DNA from: Octopus sinensis
Lineage: Eukaryota
DNA: 64,000 nt
Direction of reading: 5' to 3'
Assembly: GCF_006345805.1 (NCBI RefSeq)
Contig: NC_043012.1
Span: 2,418,001 to 2,482,000, forward strand
A program made the translations under genes and the position numbers. The notes under the pieces are model-generated. The model was given only the letters and a program-made list of their open reading frames with translations, had not been told where the DNA came from and ran no database searches. This document shows, piece after piece, positions 50,389 to 62,521 of this stretch (position 1 is the stretch's first letter; every line of letters starts with the position of its first letter).

Positions 50389-51796
50389 AAGTAGGGTTTG
50401 CTTTTAGGGAAATTTAGCTGCTATCTTTAACTGGTTGAGCAACTGTGTAGAAGCTCCATTGTTGGTTGTCTTAGTATGGTGAAAATATTGGATTCCAAGA
50501 TGTAAATTGTTGAAAGATAATTAGATCTAACCAATATTAGACTTTTAATTTTTTCCCCCTTTTTTTCGTACATCTTTACGCATTGCACCACATCATAGAG
50601 AGCTAATAATAATTTCATTGCCTCTGGGGGTAGTTATAGATTGAAATGGGATCTATCAGCTAGAAACTTGAATAGCTGCAGGTTTTAATATAATGAAGTG
50701 ATGGGTGAAGCTATTTAAACTGATAATTATTACAGTGTTGAGTAACTATAAGGATTATTGATTTTTGATGTATTTTTTTCTTTGGATTGAATGATTGATT
50801 GACTGATTGGTAAGGAAAGTTTCCAATGAACAATATTTCCTAATATAAATTGCATGGAAGCATTCATTCAAAGGAGATTTTAATTGAGTTGGAGGATGTT
50901 TGAATGACTTAAATAAAAAAAAATCTATTAGTCAATAAAAATATCCAGTTCAAGAGTTGAATTTTGGAAGGAAATTATTTAGCAGTGAGAGAAAAGGAAA
51001 TAAGGCTTCCTGTTTCAGTTTAAAAATTAGGGAGAGAGTGTTGTGAAAAAGAAAGGGTTGTGATGTGGAGAAATGGATAGAATTGTAAAAGAGGTTGATA
51101 AGTTATCATGTAGAGATGGAATTTTGATAAAACAGATTAGGTTGTTGGTAAGGAGAAATAGATAGGCTTAGAATTGTTGTATATGGGGATAGAATTTTGA
51201 ACAAGTGGATAAATAAGCATTGTGGAATGGAGAAGAAATTGTGAAGAAGCAGGATAGTGTTGTGAAATAAAGAGATTGGTAGAAGTGAGGTGATGTTGAT
51301 GGTATTGTGTTTTTTTTTTGGTGGGGGGGTGAGAACTGAGAAGAAGTATGCAAAGTTTTAAATATAACTTTAACAGATCTTCCCCATTCTCACCATCTGA
51401 AAGAAAGAAAGAAAAAAAGATAGAAAAAGGAAAGAATGGAGGGAAAAAAAAGCTGTTTTTTCTTTTTTTTTTTTTTTCATTGAAGATTTGGTTAATAGGA
51501 CAAGTCTGGTTTTGCTTCTTTTTTTAACCTTCAAATTTCTCAGAGTTGATGGTTATCTTCAGTGATGTTGACTTCTTTTTCCATTAAACAATGGTGAAGT
51601 CATCACTATCAGCCACAACAATAGACATTGTAGGTGTGTTACACAGTATTTCTTTAATACACCCTTTCTTCCTTTCTTTGTTTCTCTTTTTTCTTCATGA
51701 TTTTCCTTTTTCTTTCTTTTACTTTTCTTTTTGTGCTGATAAAGTGGATATTTTCAGTATTTGCCTGTTTTCCTTATGTAGTCTTCAAGAAGCTAT

Positions 51797-51972
51797 AGGC
51801 GCAGGAGTGGCTGTGTGGTAAGTAGCTTGCTTACCAACCATATGGTTCCGGGTTCAGTCCCACTGCATGGCACCTTGGGCAAGTGTCTTCTACTATAGCC
51901 TCGGGCCGACCAAAGCCTTGTGAGTGGATTTGGTCGATGGAAACTGAAAGAAGCCCATCGTATATATGTATG

Positions 51973-52025
<53 letters not shown>

Positions 52026-52240
52026 ATATATGTTTGTGTGTCTGTATTTGTTTCCTCAACATCGCTTGACAACAGATGGTGGTGTGTTTACGTCCCCCAA
52101 GACTTAGCGGTTCGGTAAAAGTGACCGATAGAATAAGTACTAGGCTTCCAACGAATAAGTCCCGGGGTCGATTTGCTCAACTAAAGGCAGTGCTCCAGCA
52201 TGGCCACAGTCAAATGACTGAAACAGATAAAAGATTAAAA
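51797..52240 (+). mobile_element. Full-length SINE family A
   Basis: Both halves present, with an expanded (AT)n core. Confidence 0.9.
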
Positions 52241-52636
52241 AAGAAGTGAAAACTTGACTGTGTTCTATTTCTGATCTTCCTATCATGTTACTGGTCTTAT
52301 TTATCTCATCCTTATGAAATGAACATTATTTAAGTTAGGTATAATTTTATTTTGGACAAGTTAGCAGCTTAGTGCCAAATAGATAGCCTTTCGTTTTTCT
52401 CCTGAGCTGATAAAACCAGAAGCAATAAAGTAACAGGGTGTGAGTAGCTGTGTGTATAGAAAATGCAACTTTTGTCAAATAAAAGAGGCAGCACTTCTCT
52501 AACAATTATAGTTTCTGATACCAACAGAAGTATAATCTTTTATATAGTATTATTGTACCACGTAAGATAACAGAAGTCAACCTTCTGAGGGTGTGTAGGA
52601 AATATAAGAGAACTTGTGTGTCATCATTCTCCTCTT

Positions 52637-52790
52637 TTAACCTTTTTGTTACCGTATTTATTTTGAGATGCTCTGTGTTTCTTTCAATTATATCAAATAT
52701 AACAAAGAATTTAATAAAATAGCTCAGTTATCATTAAGCTAGTGTCAGGAACATAAATTGTGACTAAGGTTTGGTGGAAGATTCTATTCA
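52637..52790 (+). mobile_element. Truncated TTAA-type MITE (family F)
   Basis: ttaacctttttgttacc start; interior is the reverse complement of 60449-60672. Confidence 0.7.
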
Positions 52791-52804
52791 GACTATTCCA
52801 CACT

Positions 52805-53420
52805 GGTTTTATTTGGAAACAATCTTTACGTTCAATTTCCTCTGTGTTGTGTCTTAATTTATCCTTTCACATTCTTCAGACACTTTTTGCAGGGTTACAT
52901 CTTGTTTTGCTCCAGCTTTGCAAGAATTCTAGTTCTGACTTCTGCATCCTTTTCAACAGTTCTTGTGTAAAAACCAGGCATTTGAACATATCTGGAGTTA
53001 ACCCTTTAGTGTTTAAACCGGCCATATCCGGCCCAAATATTCTATATGTTTTATATTCAAACTGGCCATATCTAGCCTTTCACACCTAACCTACAATGCC
53101 ATTCTAAAAATAAACAATCACATCATTAAAACCTCAAAGCTATAAGATAATGCTTGATGAATTCAAAACAATTTGAATAAAAAATATATTACATTTAACA
53201 GTGTAATCTGAACACTAAAGGGTTAATTTATCCAGCTTAGACTTCTTGCATTCCCTGTTTACTCTACCAGCATATGTGATGTAGTCCTCATTACTGTTTT
53301 TCTCTATATTCAGACACTTCCAACATGTGTTGAATAATGAGCTTTTGTCACTGAAAGTTTTATGCAATACATTGTGTCATTAAAGTTTATGTCCAATGGT
53401 TTTCTTGGGAGTACAAAATT
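52805..53420 (-). mobile_element. Ty3/Gypsy gag remnant interrupted by MITE E
   Basis: NFVLPRKPLDINF...FSDKSSLFNTCWKCLNIEKNSNEDYITYAGRVNREC...LTPDMFKCLVF...KDAEVRTRILAKLEQ...TLQKVSEECERI matches the gag of K02A2.6-like Gypsy polyproteins. Confidence 0.82.
52998..53226 (+). mobile_element. piggyBac-like MITE (family E) with demonstrable TTAA TSD
   Basis: Perfect ends ttaaccctttagtgtt / aacactaaagggttaa; removing it plus one TTAA restores the gag frame GAT AAA TTA ACT CCA GAT. Confidence 0.92.
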
Positions 53421-54105
53421 ACTGTATCATTATTTATTGGGTGGGGATCAATTGAAAAAGTAGTTGAGGTATTCAGTGGCTCAGTTGTGAAGTGACTCAT
53501 GTGTTAGTGTTGTATGCTTTATATCAGAGTTGTACAATACACACTCTCTTAGATTGCAACAGCTCTTTCTTTTCCCATGCAGCTTTTTGAAATAAATATT
53601 GAAATAGTATTTATAAGAAAAGAAAAAAAACAATAATAAATAAAGAAAGAAAAATGTCAAATATATGTAAGTTAACAAGCTGTTCTTTACCTGGGAATGC
53701 AGCAGTAGCAGCATTAAGACATGGAAATCAAACTCTTCTCTGTTTTAATAAATTGTAATTGAAAATAGAAATCAAAACTTCCTCTTCAAATATTTTTATA
53801 GAAATGTAAATATAGAGTAATGAATGGTTACTAAAGTTCTGAAAAAAAAAAAAAGTGAAGAAACAAGTTTTTCGTGCACCTTTTTATGTTGGCATAGGTC
53901 AGGTCAGACAGAATTTGTCGAGGTAGATGTTTTTTTTTCCTGTTGCCAAGCCTCACCTGTTTCCAAGTAAGATAATATTTCCCCATGACCAGACTTATTT
54001 TCCTGGAAAGGTGATGCTCATTTACAGCTGTCACATGATATCAAGGCAAGGATACAGAAACACACACATACACTCATGTATATGTGTGTGTGTGTGTGTG
54101 TGCAT

Positions 54106-54156
<51 letters not shown>

Positions 54157-54161
<5 letters not shown>

Positions 54162-54345
54162 GAGGCACATGGTTTAGTGGTTAGGGTGTTGTATTCATAA
54201 TTGTAAGATTGCGATTTCAATTCCTGGGCCAGGTGATGTGTTCTTGAGCAAAATGCTTTATATCATGTTGCTCATGTTCACTCAGCAGGCAAAATAATTA
54301 ATCCTGCAACAGCTTGGTGTCCTGTGCAGGGGGAGAATATACACA
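54157..54345 (+). mobile_element. tRNA-derived SINE with CORE-like segment
   Basis: gtagaggcacatggtttagtggttagg head, gatttcaattcc B-box-like, gtgttcttgagcaaaa segment; related copy at 60250-60448. Confidence 0.65.
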
Positions 54346-54906
54346 CCTTTATGAGAAAGGACCTTTGACCCCTTCCTCCTTTTCCATTGAGATATATATG
54401 ATGAGCTTCTTTTAATTTCTATCTACCATATCTGCTCACGAGGCTTTGGTTGACCCAGGGTTATAGTAGAAGATACTTGGTCAAGGTAACACAAAGTGGG
54501 ACTGAACCCAGAACCATCTGGTTGGGAAGCATACTTTTTACAACACAGCCATGCCTGTGTCTATAGCCACAAAATTTCAGTGCATTCATTTCTTTCTCTT
54601 TAACTCTTTTGCATTTAAGCCTGCCATATCTGGCCAAAATTACCTACCTGCTTTATCTTCAAATTAGCCACATCAGGTCTCACGCATTTCCTTTACAATG
54701 TTATTCTAAAAATAAGCAATTGCGTTCTGTTTTCCTCTCAGCATCTATGGTATGTATTACGTTCGGTACCATGGCAGTCAATGGGAAAATCAGATTTCTG
54801 TTTAAAATTTTCATGTTACAGCAAGATTCTCAGGAATGCACTATTTTCAAAATGCAGAAGATGCCTATGTAATTGTGTATGTGTATGTGAGTGAGTGAGT
54901 GAGTGA

Positions 54907-54959
<53 letters not shown>

Positions 54960-55221
54960 ATGGCTCTTAGGATTTTCTCAAAAGAAATATTTCAAACATT
55001 CATTAAATATTTTTCAAAACACTCAATACCTACCTCAGCCCCACCGCTACCAGACCTCTTCCCCCACCCACAATGGCCCTTGTGAATTTCTGAACTCCAC
55101 CAACCCATCATTAACAAAGCTGAAAGGCACACACTACTTGTGTCAGTTTTCACCTGCATAGTTAAGCGTAAACTGAATTCCTTGGTTGAAATGTAAAAAT
55201 AAACAATGTAGGAATTTAACT

Positions 55222-55547
55222 TTAACACTTTAGCTTTCAGATTTCTCTATTAAATTAATTCCTATTTATTTATGTTGTGTTCGAATTGAACCATGCAGTA
55301 TCTTGCAGCTTCAGCACTTTGATGTGATTGTTTACTTTTTGTGAGAGGCTGGATCTGACCACTTTGAGCATAAAATAGGTAGAATATTTGGGTCAGATCT
55401 GTGTGGTAAGTAGCTTGTTTACCAACGACATTGTTCTGGGTTCAGTCCCACTGCGTGGCACCTTGGGCAAGTGTCTTCTACTATAGCCTGGGGCTGACCA
55501 AAGTCTTGTGAGTGGATTTGGTAGACGGAAACTGAAAGAAGCCCATC

Positions 55548-55584
<37 letters not shown>

Positions 55585-56012
55585 CATGTATGTTTGTGTG
55601 TCTGTGTTTGTCCCCCCCACATCGCCTGACAACCGATGCTGGTGTGTTTATGTCCCCGTGACTTAGCGGTTCGGCAAAAGAGACTGATAGAATAAGTACT
55701 GGGCTTCCAAAGAATAAGTCACGGGGTGGAGTTGCTCAATTAAAGGCTGTGCTCCAGCATGGCCGCAGTCAAATGACTGAAACAAGTAAAAGAGCTTAAA
55801 TGCTAAAGGGTTCACCCTTCCGTATTCACATTATTCTGTCCCAATGCTTATTTATTCACATTGTTCTGAATTGATGTAGCTTTGAGATTTCAATGTTTAT
55901 TTTTAGAACGACTTCCTAGAGTAGGTGCGAGAGGCCTGATTTGGTTGCTTTGAACATGAAGCAGGTAGAATATTTGGACTGAATATAGCTGGTTTAAACG
56001 TTAAAGGTTTAA
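55222..56012. mobile_element. Nested MITE E / SINE A / MITE E cluster
   Basis: MITE E (minus) from 55222 is interrupted at ~55400 by SINE A and resumes ttaaatgctaaagggtt at ~55797; a second MITE E then runs to ~56012. Confidence 0.75.
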
Positions 56013-56449
56013 GGTTAACTCCTCCTAAGAATTTCCTTGTTTTTCAACAAACTCCAGTTTTTTAAAGGCTGTTGATATGTATTTCCTTAATTACAATCTA
56101 TCAAGATTAGACCTAGCAACCCCCCTATTCTTAGTACTCTTTTGCTCAACCATGTTGCCCTTCCCCCAGCATTCTTTCTCTCTCTCTCTCTCTTTTTTTC
56201 TCTTTTCTATTCCAATTCAAGAGAAATGTCATCGGAGTGTCATTGTATTGCCATTTAGAAAATGTCTTGACTATCAACCAAATTATTGACATGGACATGG
56301 TAATTTTCATATTATCATGAAGTACTTACTGTTCAAATGTTATACTCTTGGCATTATACACTCACACACAGATGCACACACAGTAAAATGTTAGTCTCTA
56401 TGCATCTGTATATACATATCTCTCTATCTATCAGTCTATATAGTTATAT

Positions 56450-56550
56450 CTATAATATATATATATATATAAATGTGTGTACATATATAAATGTGTATGT
56501 ATGTGTGTTTGATTATATATATATATATATAAATGTATGTATGTATGCGC

Positions 56551-56619
<69 letters not shown>

Positions 56620-56794
56620 ATATATACCATAGTACCTTGGTTTTCGAATAACTGATCACATGCTTTGTCTCCTGTCTTTCTCATAATCATTTAATACAGT
56701 AGTACATCAGTTTATGAATGCTTCAGATCATGAATAAATTGTGCTTCATGTATCTTTATTTTTATATATGTATATGTAAATGTGTTTGTGTGTG

Positions 56795-56847
<53 letters not shown>

Positions 56848-57019
56848 GTGTGAGTATATATATGTGTGTGTGTGTCTGAAGCAGCTGGGGATGTGATAGA
56901 CCAAAAAAAACAGCTATTGCAAGCAAAAATGAATATTGTAAAAAAATGCATTTGGCCAGATTTGGACATATGATAGTTTAACATAATAGCAACAATACAC
57001 ACATGCACCCACACGCACG

Positions 57020-57080
<61 letters not shown>

Positions 57081-57090
57081 ACACACACTG
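56450..57090. repeat. Cluster of compound (AT)/(GT)/(CA) microsatellites
   Basis: Directly visible. Confidence 0.95.
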
Positions 57091-57253
57091 AACTTGATTT
57101 TTGCTTCTCATCTTTTCGTGGTTGATAAGTTAAGTACAAGTCAAGGAATGGAGTTGAAGTAATCAACTATTTCAGGCCTTGTCTCTTTAAGTAAAAAGAA
57201 TTCATTATACATCATGCTGAAGAATTTTCAAACAGAAATGCATGCACCTCACA

Positions 57254-57284
<31 letters not shown>

Positions 57285-58493
57285 GAAAACAACAACAATA
57301 AAAACGTTTTTTTAATTTTCCGCTGTCTAAGAAACAATAATTATGGTGATTACATATACTTATGGTAATGGCGTGGGTGGTTTTGGTAAGGGTACCTTTT
57401 TTTTGAAAAACAGAACAGAAACAAACAAAACATTATATGTAATTGATTGCTGACGTTGTTTTACAAAAACAATCAAAATAGTGTTTGAGCTGAGGTAATT
57501 ACTTGCAATGTCTGGGTTTGTTGGAGTAAGGTGGTGCAAGAGTGAGCGGTGGAAATGGGCTCTCAGGTCAGCCTGCAAACCAGCCAGTCAGCTATTCCAG
57601 TGAGGAGGGTGGTGGTGTTTGTGGTGGTGAAGAGACAATTGTAATTTGTGGGTCAAGAGCAACAGCACATTACTTTGTTTTTTGTTTTTTTAATTTTCCT
57701 TTTCTTTCTTCTGATTTAGTCTGGTTAGGTTAGGGAGTGGTGGTGGAGTTGGTGGTAGTGCAAAAGATAGGATGTAGGATGGGGTGGAGTGTGTGTGTGT
57801 GTGTGTGAGAGAGAGAGAAAGAAAGAGAAGGGTTGCTCCTAATGGTTCTGGAATTAGTTGCTGAACTAGAAGTCTTGGTTTGTGGGTAGTGGCAGTGACG
57901 ATGGTGGTGGTGGTGAATGGTAGAATCAAGTATGTGACAATTTTGGAGTTGAGAGTTAAACATTGTTACCAAAAAAAAAGCAAAAACACACTTTTGTAAC
58001 AAATTTTTTTATTTTTTTATTTTTCAGTATGTACAAGTTTTTACACAAATATACTTGGAGGCATGTGGATTGTGGCGTGAGTATTTTGGGTCTGGAACTA
58101 ATGAAGTGACTACAGTCCAGAAGAAGCCAAGTAATTTGCAAAGAGATCTTATTAACCATTGTATGCACGTATGTGTGTGTGCATGCACATAGGTGCACAC
58201 GAATGTGTGTGTGTATATGTGTATATCCTATAAAGCATTGACTACCATACCTGTTTTCTGCTTATTATATAAGTAACACAGAACTGAATCAAACTGTTTT
58301 AAATAATATATGTATGTATATATATATATATATATAGGCACAGGAGTGGCTGTGTGGTAAGAAGCTTACTTCCCAACCACATGGTTCTGGGTTCGGCTCC
58401 ATTACATGACACCTTGGGCAAGTGTCTTCTACTATAGCCTTGGGCCAACCAAAACCTTATGAGTGGATTTAGTAGATGGAAACTGAAAGAAGC

Positions 58494-58537
<44 letters not shown>

Positions 58538-58541
<4 letters not shown>

Positions 58542-58708
58542 CAACAAGGATATCCAAGGTGGAATAGTACAGTTGTTTCATGCTACTTCATTTTATTAAA
58601 CACTAAGTATTACATCAGATTTAAAATGTCGAGCATTAACCAGTGTTTAATAAAATGAAGTAGCATGAAACAATTGTACTAGTCTACCTTGGATATCCTT
58701 GTTGCTTA
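58538..58708. mobile_element. Hairpin MITE, 67-bp arms and 37-bp loop
   Basis: 58538-58604 vs 58642-58708 are reverse complements with few mismatches; starts in the (AT)n of a SINE A 5' half. Confidence 0.85.
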
Positions 58709-58812
58709 TTTTGATTATAATCACCCCATTTGATTTATATGGATAATACCATACAAAATTCTGGTGCCTTTAACTTAAGTACCATATTCATCTGAATCTA
58801 AATTTTGCTGAA

Positions 58813-58852
<40 letters not shown>

Positions 58853-59170
58853 ACCAAGTAAGTTAGGGGTTGTGGATCCAACCCACTAAGGGATAATTCT
58901 TATCCAATATACTGTTGGTATAATACCCAAATTATTAATACACAAGTATTTTTAATTGCAATGCAATTAACTTATTGTATTAAATGGGTGGAGGTAAAGA
59001 AATATTTTACCATTAATTTATAATACAAATAAGAAAATTTTAATGTATATATGTATGTTATTATGGTTCTCATTTTGTTAAATAAATAAGTCAACATTCT
59101 AATATCCTAAAGCTGATAAACCAACTAAATTATTTCTAAATTTTCTTATTTGTATTATATATATATATAT

Positions 59171-59284
59171 AAAATTCTTATAATTATGAGTATAATTATA
59201 ATTAGGGTTCAGCAAAGAAATTTGCTTCACCACATTTCTTTGCTGAACCCTAATTATAATTATACTCATAATTATAAGAATTTT
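59171..59284. repeat. Perfect 51-bp-arm hairpin
   Basis: 59171-59221 is the exact reverse complement of 59234-59284; loop ttgcttcaccac. Confidence 0.95.
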
Positions 59285-59377
59285 TGTTTAAGTTTTATCA
59301 ATAATGGTTCTTTTAACATACGGAACTACTTGGTAAAATTATTAATTAATTAATTAATTTTACTCTTTATTATTATT

Positions 59378-59449
<72 letters not shown>

Positions 59450-59859
59450 AGCACACCCAAGAATTCCCATCCCCCCTTCTCTTATATTTTAACCTCCTCA
59501 TCTAGCATGAAAAGCCAATATCTGTTTGAATTTATTGTCTTGCAAGCTGCATGGTAATTAGTGACATGAAAAAGCACCCAATACATGCTGTAAAGTTGTT
59601 GGCATTTAAGAAGGGCATCCAGCTAAAGAAACCATTCTAAAGCAGGCACTAGAATACAATTCAGTCCTTGGACCCATATAAATCCTGTCAAACCAGCCAA
59701 CCCATACCAGTATGGAACATGGACACTACATGAAGATAATGATGGGTGATTGTTTTAGTACCTAATCATTTAGATATTATTGTTTAAATCTAGGTTAGCA
59801 CTGATTGAGCAAACCTATAATCAAAGGCATTTCAGTCGTTATCATTCTATCTTATTGTA

Positions 59860-60145
59860 CAGTGGCAGACTGGGTCTTAAAATTTTGATTGCCAGGAGAC
59901 TAAGGGGCCCACCTGCAACTACAATGCTATAATTTAATTTTTTTTTTGTTAAAAGTATTTTCAACTGTCTACAAACACAGCCAGGCTGAAATAATTAATG
60001 CATTCATCCAAGAGTGAATAAAAAATTCTCAAACTTGAGGTGATGGGTCCCTTAGATACTAACATGGGTCCCCATATATGGATTCTAATGGTGCAGGGGC
60101 TCACTTGCCATCGGGCAAGCTGGCAACCTGGCCAGTTTGCCACTG
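59860..60145. mobile_element. hAT-type MITE
   Basis: TIR cagtggcagactgg / ccagtttgccactg (13/14); flanks ttattgta / ctattgta (7/8). Confidence 0.82.
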
Positions 60146-60448
60146 CTATTGTATATTTAGCCATATTTTATACTGTGCGTTCTTTCTCTTCAAAACAGAG
60201 AATTTAGCTGCTATTTTTATTGAAATATTGCAATTTTAAGTGTAAACATTGGTGAAGGTGCATAGCTTAGTAGTTAGTGTATTTGGCTCATGATTGTGAG
60301 GTCATGAGTTCAATTCCTGGCAGCATGTTCTATTCTGGAGCAAGACACTTTATTTTACATTGCTGCAGTCCACCTAGGTGGCATAAATGAATTGTACCTA
60401 TAACTGAAAGGGCCAGCCTTGTCACATTTGGTGTGCCATACTGAATCT

Positions 60449-60672
60449 CCCTTTTGATACCAACTCAACTGAAACTACCCTGGCTCTGAGTACAAATGTC
60501 TTGTTTTCAAATTTCTGAATTAAAATCTTCCACCAAACTTTAGTCACAAGTTATGTTCCTAACACTAGCTTAATGATAACTAAGTTGTTTTACTAAATTC
60601 TTTGTTATATTTAAGATTAATTGAAAGGGACTCAGAGCATCTCAACAGAAATTTGGTAACAAAAGGGGTTAA
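60449..60672 (-). mobile_element. TTAA-type MITE (family F)
   Basis: cccttttgatacc ... ggtaacaaaaggggttaa; directly abuts the SINE at 60250-60448. Confidence 0.75.
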
Positions 60673-60838
60673 GGGTACATGTGTTTGCTCAGCCACTTAC
60701 TTGCATGTTAATTTCACGAGCAGGCTGTTCTGTTGATCAGATCAGTGCCAAGTGTAAACATTGTCATTTTCCCCTCCTAGATTAATTGGAGATATCATTT
60801 ACACCTTAACATCTTTCTCCTTGAATTTTATCAAGATT

Positions 60839-61350
60839 GCTGGTGGCATGTAAAAAGCACTATCTGAACGTGATTGCTGCCAATGCCCCCTGACTCCCAT
60901 GCTGGTGGCACGTAAAAAATACTATCCAAATGTGATTGATGCCAGTGCCACCTGACTGGCTCCCATGTTGGTGGCACGTAAAAAGCACCATCAAATGTGG
61001 CTGATGCCAATGCCCACTGACTGGCTCACATGCTGGTGGCATGTGAAAAGCATCATCTGAGCATGGCCGATGCCAGTGCCCTTGACTGCTCCTGTGCTGG
61101 TGGCATGTAAAAAGCACTATCCAAACATGATCGATGCTAGGGCCACCTGACTGGCTCCTGTGCCATGGCACGTAAAAAGCACCCACTACACTCTTAGAGT
61201 GGTTGGCATTAGGAAGGCCATCTAGCTGTAGAAACATGACCAATTCAGACTGGAGCCTGGTGCAGCTGCTGGCTTTCCATACCTTAGTCAAACTGTCCAA
61301 CCCATGCCAGCATGGAAAATGGACGTTAAACAATGATGATGATGATGATG
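60839..61350 (+). mobile_element. RTE 3' UTR with five ~62-66-bp units and (GAT)n tail
   Basis: Anchors at 60850, 60912, 60978, 61043, 61107 and 61172. Confidence 0.85.
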
Positions 61351-62030
61351 GTTAAGTCATCACAATCATTTGAAGCGTTTTAGTCAGGGCCATTTATTTC
61401 TAATGTATATACACTGTTCGCTTTTAGTATTTTAATTACTATCATCGGAACCAAATTACAGGTTTAATTAATATAACGAATATCTAAATTATGAAGAGCT
61501 TAACTTTAACTGTAAATCTAATTACTTGTCCCCATAAAATAGCTAATTATAATACATTTAACCTTTTTTTACAACACTTTTTCCTTCTATTCTATTCCAA
61601 GAATTTGTAATTTATTTCCAATATGTACTGGAGGTGGTATAAATTTAAGTCTCCCTGATTTTCCCCTCTCTCTCTCACACACACACACACACTAGCATAT
61701 TGCATTAGAGATAATAGAAATGTGTGATTATTTCCACCTCTACATACATATTACAATATATTATATATGTGCAGGTGTAGCTGTGTGGTAAGAAGTTTGC
61801 TTCTCAGCCCCATGGTCTCAGGTTCAGTCCCATTGCGTGACACCTTGAGCAAGTGTCTCCTACTATCACCTTGGGTTGACCAGATCCTTGTGAGTAGGTT
61901 TGGTAGAAGGAAGCTTATATATATATATATATATATATAGGGAGAGTTTATGAAAAAAAACAAAAGACGAAGACAGGTGGTGTACAAAACAAACAGATGT
62001 ATTAGTATAACGCTCAGGAATAGAAAAAGT

Positions 62031-62066
62031 CTTTTATGTTTCGAGCCTACGCTCTTCTGCAGAAAG
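62031..62066 (-). ncRNA. Degenerate minimal type-I hammerhead ribozyme-like motif in a Penelope-like end
   Basis: Minus strand: CTTT-CTGCAGA-A-GAGC-GTAG-GCTC-GAAA-CATA-AAAG, i.e. stem I CTTT/AAAG, stem II GAGC/GCTC, cores CUGcaGA and GAAA. Confidence 0.55.
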
Positions 62067-62490
62067 GGACACAGAAAAGACAAGGAGAGAAAAAAAAATG
62101 TGTGTAGTGGCTAACGATCTATCATGGCGACTGACTTGGACCAAAGGGTCACACACGAAAGGGAAAGTAGGAGAGATAACAAAGTAAAGATGACCCCCCA
62201 ACATGAAGGTGCATGTGAAAGAGGGCTGGTGGTCTGGACGTGTGCATGCATGTATGTATGTATGTATGTATGTGTAGGTGTGAAAATGTGGGGATGGTGT
62301 ATGGGTTGTGGGTTCAGCTGAGGGTTGGGGTTTGTGGGTAGGAAGAGGGTGGGGGTAGAGATGGGGTATGTGGGAGAGGGTGTGTGGGATAGGATGGGAA
62401 GGGTAGGGAAGGTAGAGTAGGAATGTGTAGGGGTGGGTGGGCTTATGGGGGAGGGGAAGGTGGGTATGTGAGGAGAGAGAGAAGAGAGAA

Positions 62491-62521
<31 letters not shown>

